Below, piece by piece: positions 12,001-24,050 of a stretch of 64,000 bases of DNA. The DNA lies in the NCBI GenBank assembly GCA_002633005.1, contig NMRA01000001.1, forward strand, positions 1,521,755-1,585,754, written 5' to 3'. Under the pieces are notes generated by a model, which was given only the letters and a program-made list of their open reading frames with translations, made no database searches and was not told the origin of the DNA. The DNA is from Phoronis australis (taxonomy: Eukaryota > Animalia > Phoronida). The position numbers and the translations under genes were made by a program. Within the stretch, counting starts at the first letter, position 1. Every line of letters starts with the position of its first letter.

Positions 12001-15000
12001 CTTGGTTCATGGTTTGGGGTTAAATCATTGGTTGTTTAATATGGCGAGGTAACATTTCTAATACACACAATAACACCACGGACAGTATGGAGCTCACTGA
12101 GTACCTCAACAGCTGGATTCAACACAGCTTACAATATTTACTACAGAATTAAGTTACCACGAGCAACTTCATTTCATAGCATATCATCAACTAGCCTTGA
12201 AGATATTCTCCAATGTTCCACTATTAGATAAGAACACGCTTTAAACACTTGCTAATTTTAAAATGGTCACGCCTGTGACACACTGTGACCCCAGCACTGC
12301 ATTACCTTGGCGATGACATGAGACATGTGCACGATCATCCATGACAACAAGAGTCTGTTAGGGGTGGGAAGTTCAGCTATCAGTCGCTTCAGTTGATCTA
12401 CTCGACGTGGGGGACTCTTTATGGCTGTAAGTAAAGCAAGCAGTGTGGTTTTAAAAAGTCATTGAAGAGTCACACTGGCCATTCAGGAGCAGCATGCCGC
12501 TGGTTCTCTGAATAACATGCAGAGCTCGGTGACCCTCCACTTTTGGTGATGACCTGTTTACTATTTCCTGTCATTGTTGCTGCACTCATTTCACTTCATT
12601 GATGTAACCTGATTCGTATGACACTTGATGTCTGATTGTTTGTATCCTGATGATATCTCATGAATAGATGAAACGTCGAATTAATATGAACTTTTTCATT
12701 TGTACGGCGATTGTCCATTTTTTTTTATTCAATTATGGCCAAAAACTGATGTAATTAACAATGGGGTTTTGTAGGTAGAACAGCAATATTTCAGTGGACC
12801 TACCACAATCTCTTGGACAGCTATTTTAATGCTTAGAAGAGACTAACATCTCAGAAACTTGACCAAGCAATATGGATTTGAACCTAATGCTAGTGAACAG
12901 ACACGAAGATTTGGTTGGCTTAGTCATTTTGGTTTAAATTTGAGTCATAAACAACGTTTGAAAAGCATCTACCTAAAGGAACAAAAATATCAGACGATAT
13001 ATTAATAAGCATTGTATCATAAAAATTGTTGGCCAAGTCATACAAATGCCGCAAATTGGACAGAAAATATTATATCTCATATTATCATTCGCAGTAGAAT
13101 GGTGAAGTAACATGGCCATAGGAGTAGCAAAGAAACGAAAATTGACCTGCGTTTAAATTGGAAAATGCCACTGGTCAGATCCTTCAGAGGTATCAAAACT
13201 CAATGTCAAAAGTCTGCTTCCAACAGGAACTTTTCTAAGGACATGCATACTTTACATACATTTACACAGACAATGCTCTTCGAGTGGAAAGCCAAAGTTT
13301 AATACGATTATAATAGAATTTCAAAGCATATTCAAAATCTAGAATATCCATAATTCCTATGTGAGGATTAGACAGTATACAGAGGCTAACTTACTAGAGG
13401 CCTCCTCAAACTTAGGCATGAGATTAATTGTCAACACAGGCTCTGGCAGTTCCCTTAGGAAGGTCTTCAGCAGACTCCCAATAACATTGGGCTCATGCTC
13501 GTATAGGTAGGCCGGCTGGTGGCGGTTGTAGCAGTCCCTCAGGGCTTGCACCTTTGACTTGACACCAGAGATACGGTAGATGCCCTCGCTGGTTAAACCT
13601 GAGAGGAGACGTCACAATGAGACAGATATTACCGAGTACTTAATGACGAGAACAGTTATTGCTTTACAAAAAATGTCAATTGATGTGATTTCAGGGAGTG
13701 AAAAATCAACTACACAGCTTCAAACTACGAATACAGACAACAAATAGCTTACTTTATGTCAGCAAAATCACTCCACTGACTGATAATATCATTAGATCCA
13801 TTTGTACCATAAGAGTGCTATCACTGTTACACATTAGAAAATCACATCTCCATTTATCGCATCTATTTACACCATGAACCTTGTCAAAATGAATAAAGAT
13901 TTACTCATAATTACTATTAGAACAGCCCATACGAAGGCAAAGACTAAAATGTATCAATCATTATTACAGGGTTTATTTTTCTTAAAAATACCATGGTTCA
14001 GTTGGCCCAAAGAGACAGAAATATGGGAATCATATAACAGCATCAAAATGTCCCACCCAGAAACAACCTTGACCCATACCATGCTCCTCAACATAATCAA
14101 TACACTCTCTGAACACAATGGGCAGTTCAATGCCATCATGGCCCTTGCTTCTCTCCACGGCGACGACCAGAGGTACACCAAACACAGGTTGGAACTCTGA
14201 AGAGACAGACGACAACAAAGTGAGAACCACAACAATGAAAAACACTTCCAACAAACTGAGGTTTTATGATAAGTCTGATAGTCCTAAACAGTTTTTATTG
14301 TACATATAATTACCAGTGTTCAATTTAAAAACATTTCAACAAAGGTTCCTTCTCTATTGAAACTTCTGGTCTATGCAATCTGCTTCCTGCCTGTTCCTAA
14401 ACTTCTACGTTTAAACGTTGCTTTAACACTCAATTCATCTTAAAACTAATTTTAAGCTGCAGCTCAACCTTTGTGCCATATCAACGCAGTCTAGTGCTGC
14501 CACCTGCAGTTTGCCATACATCTGTATCAAAATTAAGTCTTAACTTGTTTCTAATTGTTAATTTTCAACTTTTAGGTCACTATTTTACTCTCGTTGTAGT
14601 GAATTCTTCCATTTACAGCACTGTAAAGNACAACGGAGTTTTGTAGGTAGAACAGCAAAATTTCAGTGGACCTACCACAATCTCTTGGACAGATATTTTA
14701 TTTCTAAGAAGAGACTAATGTCTTCCCAGAAACTTGACCAAGCAATATGGATTTGAACATAATGCTGGTGAACAGTCATGAAGATTTGGTTGGCTTAGTC
14801 ATTTTGGTTTGCACTTGAGTCATAAACAACATTTGAAAAACATCTACCTACAGGAACAAAAATGTCAGACGATGTATTAATAAGCATTGTGTCATAAAAA
14901 TTGTTGGCCAAGTCACACAACTGCAGCAACATGGACAGAAAAAATTATATCCCGTATTATCATTCGCAGTAGAATGGTGAAGTAACATGGCCACAGGAGT

Positions 15001-18000
15001 AGCAAAGAAATGAAAATAGACCTGCGTTTAAATTGGCAAATGCCACTGGTCAGATCCTTCAGAGGTATCAAAACTCAATGTCAAAAGTCTGCTTCCAGCA
15101 GGAACTTTTCTAAGGACACGCATACTTTACATACGTTTACACAGACAATGCTCTTCGAGTGGAAAGCCAAAATTTAGTACGATAATAGAATTTCAAAGCA
15201 CATTCAAAGTCTAGAATATCCATAATTCCTATGTGAGCATTAGACAGTATACAGAGGCTAACTTACTAGAGGCTTCCTCAAACTTAGGCATGAGATTAAT
15301 TGTCAACACAGGCTCTGGCAGTTCCCTTAGGAAGGTTTTCAACAGACTCCCAATAACATTGGGCTCATGCTCGTATAGGTAGGCCGGCTGGTGGCGGTTG
15401 TAGCAGTCCCTCAGGGCTTGCACCTTTGACTTGACGCCAGAGATACGGTAGATGCCTTCGCTGGTTAAACCTGAGAGTAGACGTCACAATGAGACAGATA
15501 TTACTGAGTACTTAATGACAAGAACAGTTATTGCTTTACAAAAAATGTCAATTGATGTGATTTCAGGGAGTGAAAAATCAACAACACAGCTTCAAACTAC
15601 GAATACAGACAACAAATAGCTTACTTTATGTCAGCAAAATCACTCCACTGACTGATAATATCATTAGATCCATTTGTATCATAAGAGTGCTATCACTGTT
15701 ACACATTAGAAAATCACATCTCCATTTATCGCATCTATTTACACCATGAACCTTGACAAAATGAACAAAAATTTTCTCATAATTACTATTAGAACAGCCC
15801 ATACGAAGGCAAAGACTAAAATGTATCAATCATTATTACAGGGTTTATTTTTCTTTAAAATACCATGGTTCAGTTGGCCCAAAGAGACAGAAATATGGGG
15901 GTCATATAACAGCATCAAAATGTCCCACCCAGAAACAACCTTGACCCATACCATGCTCCTCAACATAATCAATACACTCTCTGAACACAATGGGCAGTTC
16001 AATGCCATCATGGCCCTTGCTTCTCTCCACGGCGACGACCAGAGGTACACCAAACACAGGTTGGAACTCTGAAGAGACAGACGACAACAAAGTGAGAACC
16101 ACAACAATGAAAAACACTTCCAACAAACTGAGGTTTTATGATAAGTCTGATAGTCCTAAACAGTTTTTATTGTACATATAATTACCAGTGTTCAATTTAA
16201 AAACATTTCAACAAAGGTTCCTTCTCTATTGAAACTTCTGGTCTATGCAATCTGCTTCCTGCCTGTTCTTAAACTTCTACATTTAAACGTTGCTTTAACA
16301 CTCAATTCATCTTAAAACTAATTTTAAGCTGCAGCTCAACCTTTGTGCCATATCAACGCAGTCTAGTGCTGCCACCTGCAGTTTGCCATACATCTGTATC
16401 AAAATTAAGTCTTAACTTGTTTCTAATTGTTAATTTTCAACTTTTAGGTCACTATTTTACTCTCGTTGTAGTGAATTCTTCCATTTACAGCACTGTAAAG
16501 TGCATACCAACTTTTATGTGCTGTAGAAGACTTGGTACCACTGAACCTTGATGTAAGGCCAAAAAGATAGTTAGTTCTGGTCTCTGTAGTCAGAGGTGCA
16601 TTATTGTTTTAGTAGCTCACTTTTTCAAAAAAGAAAATCCTCCTGAGACGAGCAAATGTGACGCAGGATTTGTTTTTTTAACATTCGTTTCTTGGCAAAT
16701 CATGGTATTCGAAATCTTGCTTACCCATTTTTGTACTGTTTTTCGAAAAAAAAACGTGATTGGCTGAAATTGATGCGAGCAGACATTTCTTGTAAGTTGG
16801 TGAATGCAGGTCTCAAAAGGAATCGAGAAAGAGACCAAAAATTAACTATGCTTTTTGGCCTAACAGCAGAAAAAATGATGTTTTTAATTATGCATGCATC
16901 CTTGAACCACCCACCTTCTTCAGGCGGCTCAACGATATCCGGTGTCTTGGCCTTCTTCTTCATCTTCTCCTTCTTCTTCTCTTCCCTCTTCTTCTCTTTC
17001 TCCTCTCTCTTCAACTCCTTCTCCCGTTCTCTCTCCTTTTTGTCTCGATCTTCCTTGTCTTTTTCCTAAAAACGGTACCTCGTGATTCATAATTTCTATT
17101 CGCATGATCAAGTCAGTTATATCATATCATACGACAAACAAGTGAAATTTCATTTAGTGATTCTTTCAATGAAAGCTATGTAGCAATAGAGTAATAATCT
17201 TACATTTCAAGACCTGTACTCTGGCTGCAACCAGGCAATATTTTGAAAAATTCTGCAGCTTCACAACAATATTAGAAGCGTTCGGAAAATGAAAAATGGT
17301 TATTTCGGTAACTTATTTTCATACAAAATGGGAGATTTTACTGCACAAATAATTAAGAATTCCATTGCATCACAATTTTTAACGCTTGACACTTTCTCCA
17401 CGCAAACATTACAGGATGCCGTAGGTACATTAACTTGGTTCTGGTCTACAGTCTTACATTTTAATTTCTTCTAGAACACAAAACCAATGAAAGCCATGTG
17501 ACGAGATGGCTTTTAAATCCCGTTAGTGGTCAATGCTTCAGACCACTCCACACTTTGGTGAGTAGGTCAATAAAATGCAGTCTTTTTAGGAGGATGACGC
17601 CGTACTTAAACAAATATGGTAAATGCAAAATAAACTAAATACAAAACTTTCAGGTCAACAATCTCAAACACATTATTGCCTGTCAACCACTTTCAATCAA
17701 TGTAACATTCAAACAACTGAATTAAACAAATTCCACACAACACACACAAGTCATAATATTTATCAGGCAGCCACTGTTCAGGTACTTTGTATCATAATAA
17801 TATACCTTTGGCTTTAACTTCATATCTTTCTTTCCAAAACGGAAACTAGGCTTGCTGTGTTTCTTAAGCTTACCAGCTGGACTTCTGTAAATAAGCAGAA
17901 TTGTATTTTACAAGGTTTCAGCAAGAAAATCTCCAAATCAAAATGACAAAACTGGTCTGAAAACAGCACAATCGTCATTATGCCTGGAGTTTTGGAGCAA

Positions 18001-21000
18001 GATAAAGTTTTTACCAACAGAGGGCAAGGCCAATATTGCATGTATCAACACTGTGAAACCCTGACAGGCACACAAGCATCTGATTCTACTAACTTTTAAG
18101 TTAAAAATACTCCTTCAGATTATAGCTTATTGCCATGTTTGTGCAAACAGAACAAAGCTGTAGAACAAAAATTAAAAGTAAATATTTTCTGACAGCAAAA
18201 CACCGGTAAACTTTGATTTATGACTATATCAATCTGCCATTAATTGGGCCACATGACCATGTCTGTTTACTAAATTTATCAAAAAAGGAAAGGTACGTTC
18301 ACAGTAAAATAACGATATCAATAACATGATCAAATTATATTTAACATAAATGTACAAGATGGTACCTCAAAAACGTTATAACAGTTTTCTAAATTATCCT
18401 TTTGTGTCCGCTTTATGCAACTTTTTGATTTTGTTGCTAAAGATCCCAGTTTTTAACAGACCCTAATACCACAGTGGAACACTTTGAAAACAATTTCAAC
18501 CAAAGTTTTGTTGAATAGTGCATAAAGCACAGCATCTGAAAGTTTCATGGGAACACGATCAGCCACCTCTGAGGTATGACGCTCTGAGGTATGACGCTCT
18601 GAAGTTAGCCAAAGTTTTTCATATATCTGGGGTTTTGCATAACCTTAAGAATTTGCTATAATCAGTTGCATGATTCGATTCAAGGCAACCAACTTATGCC
18701 TCATGAAATCAACTGAAATTATGCATGAGCCTGATTTGCCATTAAATCCGACAATAGTCTCTATGCACACAAACAAAACACACTACGTACATGTATCTCT
18801 TCAAAATGAAAGTTGGAATCTATGAGAGTGCGATAGAAGCTGGTGAGAAGCCCTGCACATAATGACAAAGGACAGGAATACTTACCTGACATCTCTGTCC
18901 TCAGCGACCATTAGTTCTTCTTCAGAGTTCTCCTCTTCAAACATTTTGTACCCTAAAGATGAATTGAGAATAAGTGTTCCGCAAGTAACGAATGTTGGAA
19001 AAATGACCAACACACAGACCCAAACATTACAAAATCTTTAATGGACTTCCTTGAGAAACTGACAGCTCCATTTAATCGCTATAAAGACTGGCGACACATG
19101 GTGGCAAGCGAGAGGTTAAACAACAGTAGACAATAATGCAGCTGATAGTTTTCCAAGTAAGATTTTGGATTTGGAATTCAACACTGAACACATAAAAATC
19201 TTCAACAAACAAAAACATTTTTTAAACTGCCATTGTTTCATTTAATCAAAACCATTTTCACCAACAGGCCAACATGAGTCAACTTTCAGGATTACGCACT
19301 TATGTTTCAATTAGAAGGAATTTCCCAAATTCCTCTGGTGATGCCTAAACAGCACATTAAGTCTCATAAATGAAGACGAAAGTCTTGACAATAAGTTACT
19401 ACAACTCAATTTAATCAGACAACATCTTATACCTTTGTCTTTTTTATCTTTCTTGTCCTTTTTCTTTCCAAGTTCTCGCTTTTTGAGTCGATTAGTCTCG
19501 TGGTCTTCTTCGGAAACTAAATGTTTCGAAAGCAATCAGCAAATGATTTGAAGGAATTCAAAATCAAGCCTAAGAATTAAAAACTCTTAACCAAACACAA
19601 AATACCTAGTACCTAGTTGGTTCAGCATTAAAAGCAACTGAACTTTAACCACTTTTACACGTAATCTGGTCAGATGATAGTGAAATCCAAAGGAAAGTCC
19701 ATATGAATCAGAAAACAAGTTACTTTTCACAAAATTTTTCAGTCGAGCAGATTCTATTACTGTACCTGATTAACATTTCAAGCAACCAGTCAAATCCACA
19801 ACACAAGCAATAGTAAGAGATGACACGCACAGGGATGGTTTTCAACTACCATTCAAACAGAGCAATGATCAACACATTCAACACATTGAGCTGCGGTAAA
19901 GCAGACACATTAAGTCTTAAGCCTCATTGGAACATAGATTAGGATGTAACGACATATCACTGAGATCGCAATATTAGATTAAATGCTCTTAAATGTGATT
20001 AACTTTTGTATAAACAGTGTAATTAGCCTGAAAAGTGTAGACTTCAGTCATTCTGGAAGCATTTTGTGACAGCCAGTTTTATTACATTCCCAGGTCAATT
20101 ACATCATCTTAGAAGTTGTTACTTGAGCTTGTCTTAAAATCTGTGGTAATTTATATTGATCACGGTCCATGATATAATCTCCGAATTGACTCGGGCTCCA
20201 AATTTAACCATTTACGCCACACGACTTGAGTATGAATTTGTAGGTTTACTCACAGTGAGGCCAATAAATGGTCAATTTTCCAGTACAGAGATGATGTTAG
20301 ACTCTAGGCCCATGAAAATGTAGAGCCATAATATATTGACACGTACGCACACACGCATGCATGCACACGCACACACACACACACACACACACATGCACGC
20401 ACACATGACAAAACAGCGGAGTAAGCAAAGGCAGCAGAGGGGTGAGATGAAGAAAGAAACAAGAAGGGCATGAACCTGGTGTCCCAAACTAAGGAGAATT
20501 TTACAGATTTGCATGTTTGCAGTTGCTACATTTTCCACGTAATCAAGTGAATTACTGACTAGTGGTAGGCAGACAACACTTGTGAAAGCTGGTAAACGTG
20601 ACTGAAAATCAAAAATAAAATTTGAAGTCATCCATATCTGAAGTGTCTGAGACAATGTTTAAATTGTATTTACTAATTTTATTTGAACCCATCAAGGTTG
20701 AACAAAAATGCTGAATGCAGAATGTTAAAATTCAACAAAAATAAAAAAAGGTTTAGAAAAATCTTTGAGAGTTTCTGCGCGAAATATTGCATGCTGTTAG
20801 TGCATAAATAAATATAAACTTTGGGAAATTTGGCAAGAGCTGCGAATCAATGAGGTGAACAACTCGGTAGTAGTCATATGCTACAACTGTTGATCACAGA
20901 AATGTCATGAGCGAACTGACGAGGACAATTCAGTGAGTCATATGCCACAACGCGAATCGTTACCTCAACTGATGCTGCATGCTTTTAGAATATTAACGGA

Positions 21001-21143
21001 ATTATAAATAAAACTTGGAGACATGCACCAGGATCATACCATAGCTGAAACTACTTACAATCACTACCTTCACTGGGACTAGTTCCACCATCTTTATACA
21101 GACCTGGAAACTCACGTTCCGCATCTGGGCCCTCGTAACTCAT
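5863..21143 (-). CDS. RALBP1: RalA-binding protein 1 (RLIP76), gene span; join(21059-21143,19433-19516,18886-18952,17806-17884,16915-17065,15952-16068,15267-15470,12306-12424,11312-11442,10454-10655,9054-9444,8313-8417,6546-6760,5863-6078), 2166 nt, ~721 aa
   Basis: N-terminus MSYEGPDAEREFPGLY (FPGLY motif of RLIP), Lys/Glu-rich region, RhoGAP domain (VFGVPL...GIELPIVFRECIDY...EGIYRISG...LRELPEP...NRMSLQNVSIVLSPTMQI), Ral-binding helix (EEQLWEVQRVVTQLKRKL), C-terminal coiled coil. All junctions GT-AG with matching phases. Confidence 0.95.
6371..6569. repeat. 56-58 bp tandem repeat spanning the RALBP1 exon 13 donor
   Basis: tacctccagg...ttcactcat recurs at 6371, 6429, 6487, 6543. Confidence 0.9.
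6546..6760 (-). CDS. RALBP1: RALBP1 coding exon 13
   Basis: RDEIKKKIESETLEIERLQQDI...SDSEEDEDELLEVLQQLMSENSRLE, matching the RALBP1 C-terminal coiled coil/acidic motif. Confidence 0.9.
7135..7239 (-). CDS. RALBP1: RALBP1 exon 12, second (probably allelic) copy
   Basis: As 8313-8417 with one E->D change; lies in the N-joined duplicate. Confidence 0.55.
8135..8385. repeat. 109-bp tandem repeat spanning the RALBP1 exon 12 donor (allelic copy ~6955-7207)
   Basis: ctcgtc anchor at 8162, 8271, 8380. Confidence 0.9.
8313..8417 (-). CDS. RALBP1: RALBP1 coding exon 12, copy A
   Basis: GNTSDGENDAEDETVLSLLQEHVILLLEEEELLAI; ttgtag acceptor, gtgagt donor. Confidence 0.8.
9054..9444 (-). CDS. RALBP1: RALBP1 coding exon 11 (coiled coil plus acidic linker)
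   Basis: LKLVKKQLEVKEQ...EETLDDEFCT; acaag acceptor, gtaggt donor. Confidence 0.85.
10454..10655 (-). CDS. RALBP1: RALBP1 coding exon 10 (Ral-binding domain)
   Basis: YVPPLRP...IEEEIKKQESLLNQLH...EEQLWEVQRVVTQLKRK. Confidence 0.9.
11312..11442 (-). CDS. RALBP1: RALBP1 coding exon 9
   Basis: EKINRMSLQNVSIVLSPTMQISHRVL... (RhoGAP end). Confidence 0.9.
12306..12424 (-). CDS. RALBP1: RALBP1 coding exon 8
   Basis: TIKSPPRRVDQLKRLIAELPTPNRLLLSWMIVHMSHVIAK (RhoGAP). Confidence 0.9.
12465..12755 (+). mobile_element. Penelope-like pLTR fragment with hammerhead motif (12643-12681) in a RALBP1 intron, antisense to the gene
   Basis: Homologous to the reverse complement of 2052-2345; CTGATGA-t-ATCT-catgaat-AGAT-GAAA-CGTC. 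Confidence 0.6.
13395..13598 (-). CDS. RALBP1: RALBP1 exon 7, second (probably allelic) copy
   Basis: Same peptide as 15267-15470; 5 synonymous differences counted by eye. Confidence 0.6.
14080..14196 (-). CDS. RALBP1: RALBP1 exon 6, second (probably allelic) copy
   Basis: Same peptide as 15952-16068; lies in the N-joined duplicate. Confidence 0.6.
15267..15470 (-). CDS. RALBP1: RALBP1 coding exon 7 (RhoGAP arginine finger), copy A
   Basis: GLTSEGIYRISGVKSKV...LLKTFLRELPEPVLT...FEEAS. Confidence 0.9.
15952..16068 (-). CDS. RALBP1: RALBP1 coding exon 6 (RhoGAP start), copy A
   Basis: FQPVFGVPLVVAVERSKGHDGIELPIVFRECIDYVEEH. Confidence 0.9.
16557..16860. mobile_element. PIF/Harbinger (Tourist-like) MITE
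   Basis: TAA target duplication on both sides; TIR GGCCAAAAAGnTAGTTA...TGGTCTC / GAGACCA...TAACTAnnCTTTTTGGCC. Confidence 0.7.
16915..17065 (-). CDS. RALBP1: RALBP1 coding exon 5 (K/E-rich)
   Basis: EKDKEDRDKKERE...KKKAKTPDIVEPPEE; ttttag acceptor, gtgggt donor. Confidence 0.88.
17806..17884 (-). CDS. RALBP1: RALBP1 coding exon 4
   Basis: RSPAGKLKKHSKPSFRFGKKDMKLKPK; restores phase 2->0. Confidence 0.8.
18886..18952 (-). CDS. RALBP1: RALBP1 coding exon 3
   Basis: GYKMFEEENSEEELMVAEDRDV; ctttag acceptor, gtaagt donor. Confidence 0.85.
19433..19516 (-). CDS. RALBP1: RALBP1 coding exon 2
   Basis: FSEEDHETNRLKKRELGKKKDKKDKKDK; phase 1-1. Confidence 0.85.
20339..20406. repeat. (CA)n microsatellite
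   Basis: acacacac run with degenerate flanks. Confidence 0.9.
21059..21143 (-). CDS. RALBP1: RALBP1 coding exon 1 (ATG at 21143; exon 5' boundary 21182)
   Basis: MSYEGPDAEREFPGLYKDGGTSPSEGSD; tttcag acceptor, gtaagt donor. Confidence 0.88.
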
Positions 21144-21782
21144 GACTCACGGTTTGGTAAATGACAGCACCTCTAGAGAAGCCTGAAAAGTATTTTGAAA
21201 TTTTGAATAAGATTCAGTTTTACTGACAAATCGAACAACATTATTTCTATTGTTTTCTGACGATGATTTAAAGTGGAACCTTGTTATTAGTGAAACTTTG
21301 TAAGTTTTTGGTACTTAATCATTTACTGTAAGCCAGCACTTGGCGTTTATTACCCTATTCATACCACATACACAAGCCTGCATAAATAGTTCAATTCCCA
21401 AAGTTTAGCCACTAGAGTGCACTACATCCATCTCCTCAACCCAGCAGGCCCATTGTCATGGTGATTCTCTGTTAGCCACAGAGAAGTTGCTACCTAGAAC
21501 AGGTACTCACTGTGAAAACACATGGGTCGGGATCATTAAGCTCTAAATTTTGAAGGTTCAGTAACAAAATGAATTTTTTCTATAATGACAGTTGTTCAAA
21601 TTTTTTTATCCATTCTGTGAATTTTAAGGTACGAAATCAAGCGCCATGCACCAATGATGTTGCATCAAGCTCAGATTCAACAAAAATCTCAATAGATTTC
21701 AATGAATAACAAGTTTTTTTAACGCTTTATGATCGACGCATCACATGCAAGAGTACTTTCGTGGGCATAAATAGACACTTAC

Positions 21783-21815
21783 CTTGTGGTAGCTGCAACA
21801 ATCTCAATATAAGAT
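21783..21815 (-). other. RALBP1: Probable 33-nt 5'-UTR exon of RALBP1
   Basis: Long polypyrimidine tract plus ccag acceptor and aag|gtaagt donor on the minus strand. Confidence 0.55.
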
Positions 21816-22117
21816 CTGGAAAAGAAACAAGAAATGGAAAGTGCACATTACATCAACAGGATACAAATGCCACATTTAAAAAGAATGCTGCGAGAAAAAT
21901 CAGATGAAATGTCCACAAAATAGTAAATATTAATCATTCCTATCCTAATTATGCCATATAAGCCAAAGTTTATTTTCCAGAATTTCATGAGATCAATGGT
22001 TGCTTTAATTCATGGACTGTTATGGAACCCGTGGCAGCAAACTAAACAGGCACTTTCAGCCATTGGATAACCAGCTATAAAAATCGTGTACCACCATGTT
22101 CGATTAGTGGCAATGTC

Positions 22118-23125
22118 GTAAGACCAAGTTATCTTGGTCTGTTTACATGGTCCAACCTCGTAAACCAAGTGAACTACTGCGCCTGAGTTGTAGTCTACCG
22201 TCAAAATCTGAATATTTCCCATGGATTTATAGTAACCAGGTGTACCAAATACGTTCCTGGAGTGTGTGCCTTGTCGCAGCAGAACAGCTAGCGTATCTTC
22301 GTAACCTCTAGCACTTTACTGGCAGGAGTCTAAAAACAACTGCCATGGTGACGAATGGTGGGCAGGAGGAAAGGTAGAGATTTGACACAGTACATCCCAT
22401 CACTCCCTCAGGGTCACATTAGAGAAGGGAGTAAGGCCAACTCCCTTATCCTATAACAAAATTGTTCCTAGTGAGCAAGTAACCTAAGAGAAGGACAACT
22501 CTGAGATTAAACCTTGGCAGCCTGGGCTCGTTCCATCAGCCATGGTGTGCAACTAGTCAGTAAGTCTAGAAAGTTGCTCTGAAACAAAACAAAGACAGAG
22601 CATGTTGGCTTAGGACAGAGGGCAGATCTTCTATGCATGAATTAGGTATCCCGCTGAAGAGAACCAGACACACCCTGTACCAATCATGACCACGCAAACA
22701 GATATTCGACAATATGGTGCTAATCCCATGGTTCATCAGACGGTAGCAGCTTCACCAGTCGGTACAGCAGCGCTCGGTCCTCGACTTAGGAAGTAGCTGT
22801 GGGGTATGACAGCGGCAATCCAACGAACAGCAGAAGACCAGACCGAACATTTAACCTGCATGGCCAGGAACTCAGAAAAAGGCATTCCTAAAGCCGACTT
22901 CATCTTTCACAACCAAAAAACGTGACATTTGGATGCCAAACAGTTAGTTAAAATGATTAAAAGCTCATAAAAAATGAAATTGATTTTAGGAAAGCTGTAA
23001 TTGGCAAACATGCTCACTATATATGGTAAGTATTCAGATTTTAACAGTAGACTGCAACTCAGATGCAGGAGTTCACTTGCCTTGGTCTACGAGGTTGGAC
23101 CATGTAAACAGACCAAGTTAACCCG
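22118..23125. mobile_element. ~95-bp inverted arms (22118-22215 / 23031-23125) enclosing ~800 bp
   Basis: ttggtctgtttacatggtccaacctcgta...gtagtctac...aaaatctgaata vs its reverse complement. Confidence 0.6.
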
Positions 23126-23698
23126 GTCCGGTGGCTTACCAGCTTACTTGGTCTACAACACCAGATACGTGTAGTTGTGGTGTAGCAGGCGTAGGTCATG
23201 TCTGTTTGTGTCTCCTGAGTGTACCTTGGCATGCGTGGTTAGTGAGGTGATTGAAAAAAGGAAAAGTTGGACTACATCTGCAGTTTGTTCACTGTGAGTG
23301 TGACTGACAGGAGGTGAATAGAAAACGCAGAAAACCGCCAGCCATAACAGTGTTAAGTTAAGCCAAGTAAAGGCAAGGTATCCCTCTATCTCTAAGGCTC
23401 TATTATGTGTAAAAGTACTTAAAACAAAGTGACTTTGACGTTTTAGTCAGTGAGACACATAATTTGCCGAAAAGCTTCTGGCATCTGGCACCGTCTCTAC
23501 TTGGGCCAGCTAGAGACGGTGGTCACTGTCTACCGTCTCTACTACTACTACTCCCAGTTGAGGGGTGGTGGTGCTGTCTAAGTAGTGTCAGTGAGCACCA
23601 TGTAACACGAAAAATCAAGGTAGGATTTATACTTTACACCATTGAACATATACCCACCTCAAATCTGTACTTGTATACAAAACATTTCAAACCCTTAC

Positions 23699-24050
23699 AA
23701 GCGCTCCACGATTAAGACATGTCACTTTCGTCTAATCAGCATCCGATATTGTCTATCATCCGCCATTCGAGTTCGCTGGTTTACCAATAGGTGTCACCAG
23801 AGAGAGTAGAAATGTGTATTTTTATGAAAGCAACTGCATTCGTAAAATTCGCGACGTATATGACTATGTAAAACTACTTTTAAGTCAATTTTACGTCACT
23901 AAAATTAAAGAGCAATTTTTATTATTTATTTTTCAATCAAAAAGACCGAATATAAAGTTTTGTTTGCGTTGCTTATTTTGCCCACTCCACCATCAGATGC
24001 CGCTAGTTGTTAATCCGAAGAACCCGAATGTACGATGCTAAATTTTCAAG
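23699..24050. promoter_or_regulatory. Candidate bidirectional promoter / first-exon region shared by RALBP1 (-) and MEN1 (+)
   Basis: Minus-strand donor gtaagg at 23698; CCAAT at ~23784; CRE-like TTACGTCA at ~23891; MEN1 ATG at 24051. Transcription start sites cannot be determined from sequence. Confidence 0.45.

Larger units (their letters stand above)
12758..16500. repeat. N-joined tandem duplicate (12758-14628 / 14630-16500), probable haplotype artefact
   Basis: Single N at 14629; offset 1872 bp. Confidence 0.85.

Noticed and set aside
13395-16068. Real tandem duplication or mutually exclusive splicing of RhoGAP exons 6-7
   Set aside because: Copies are joined by a single N, introns are as similar as alleles, and coding differences are all synonymous. 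The same signature occurs at every N in the window.
20915-20945. CTGACGA hammerhead candidate (also CTGATGA at ~38874)
   Set aside because: No convincing stem II closed by GAAA.
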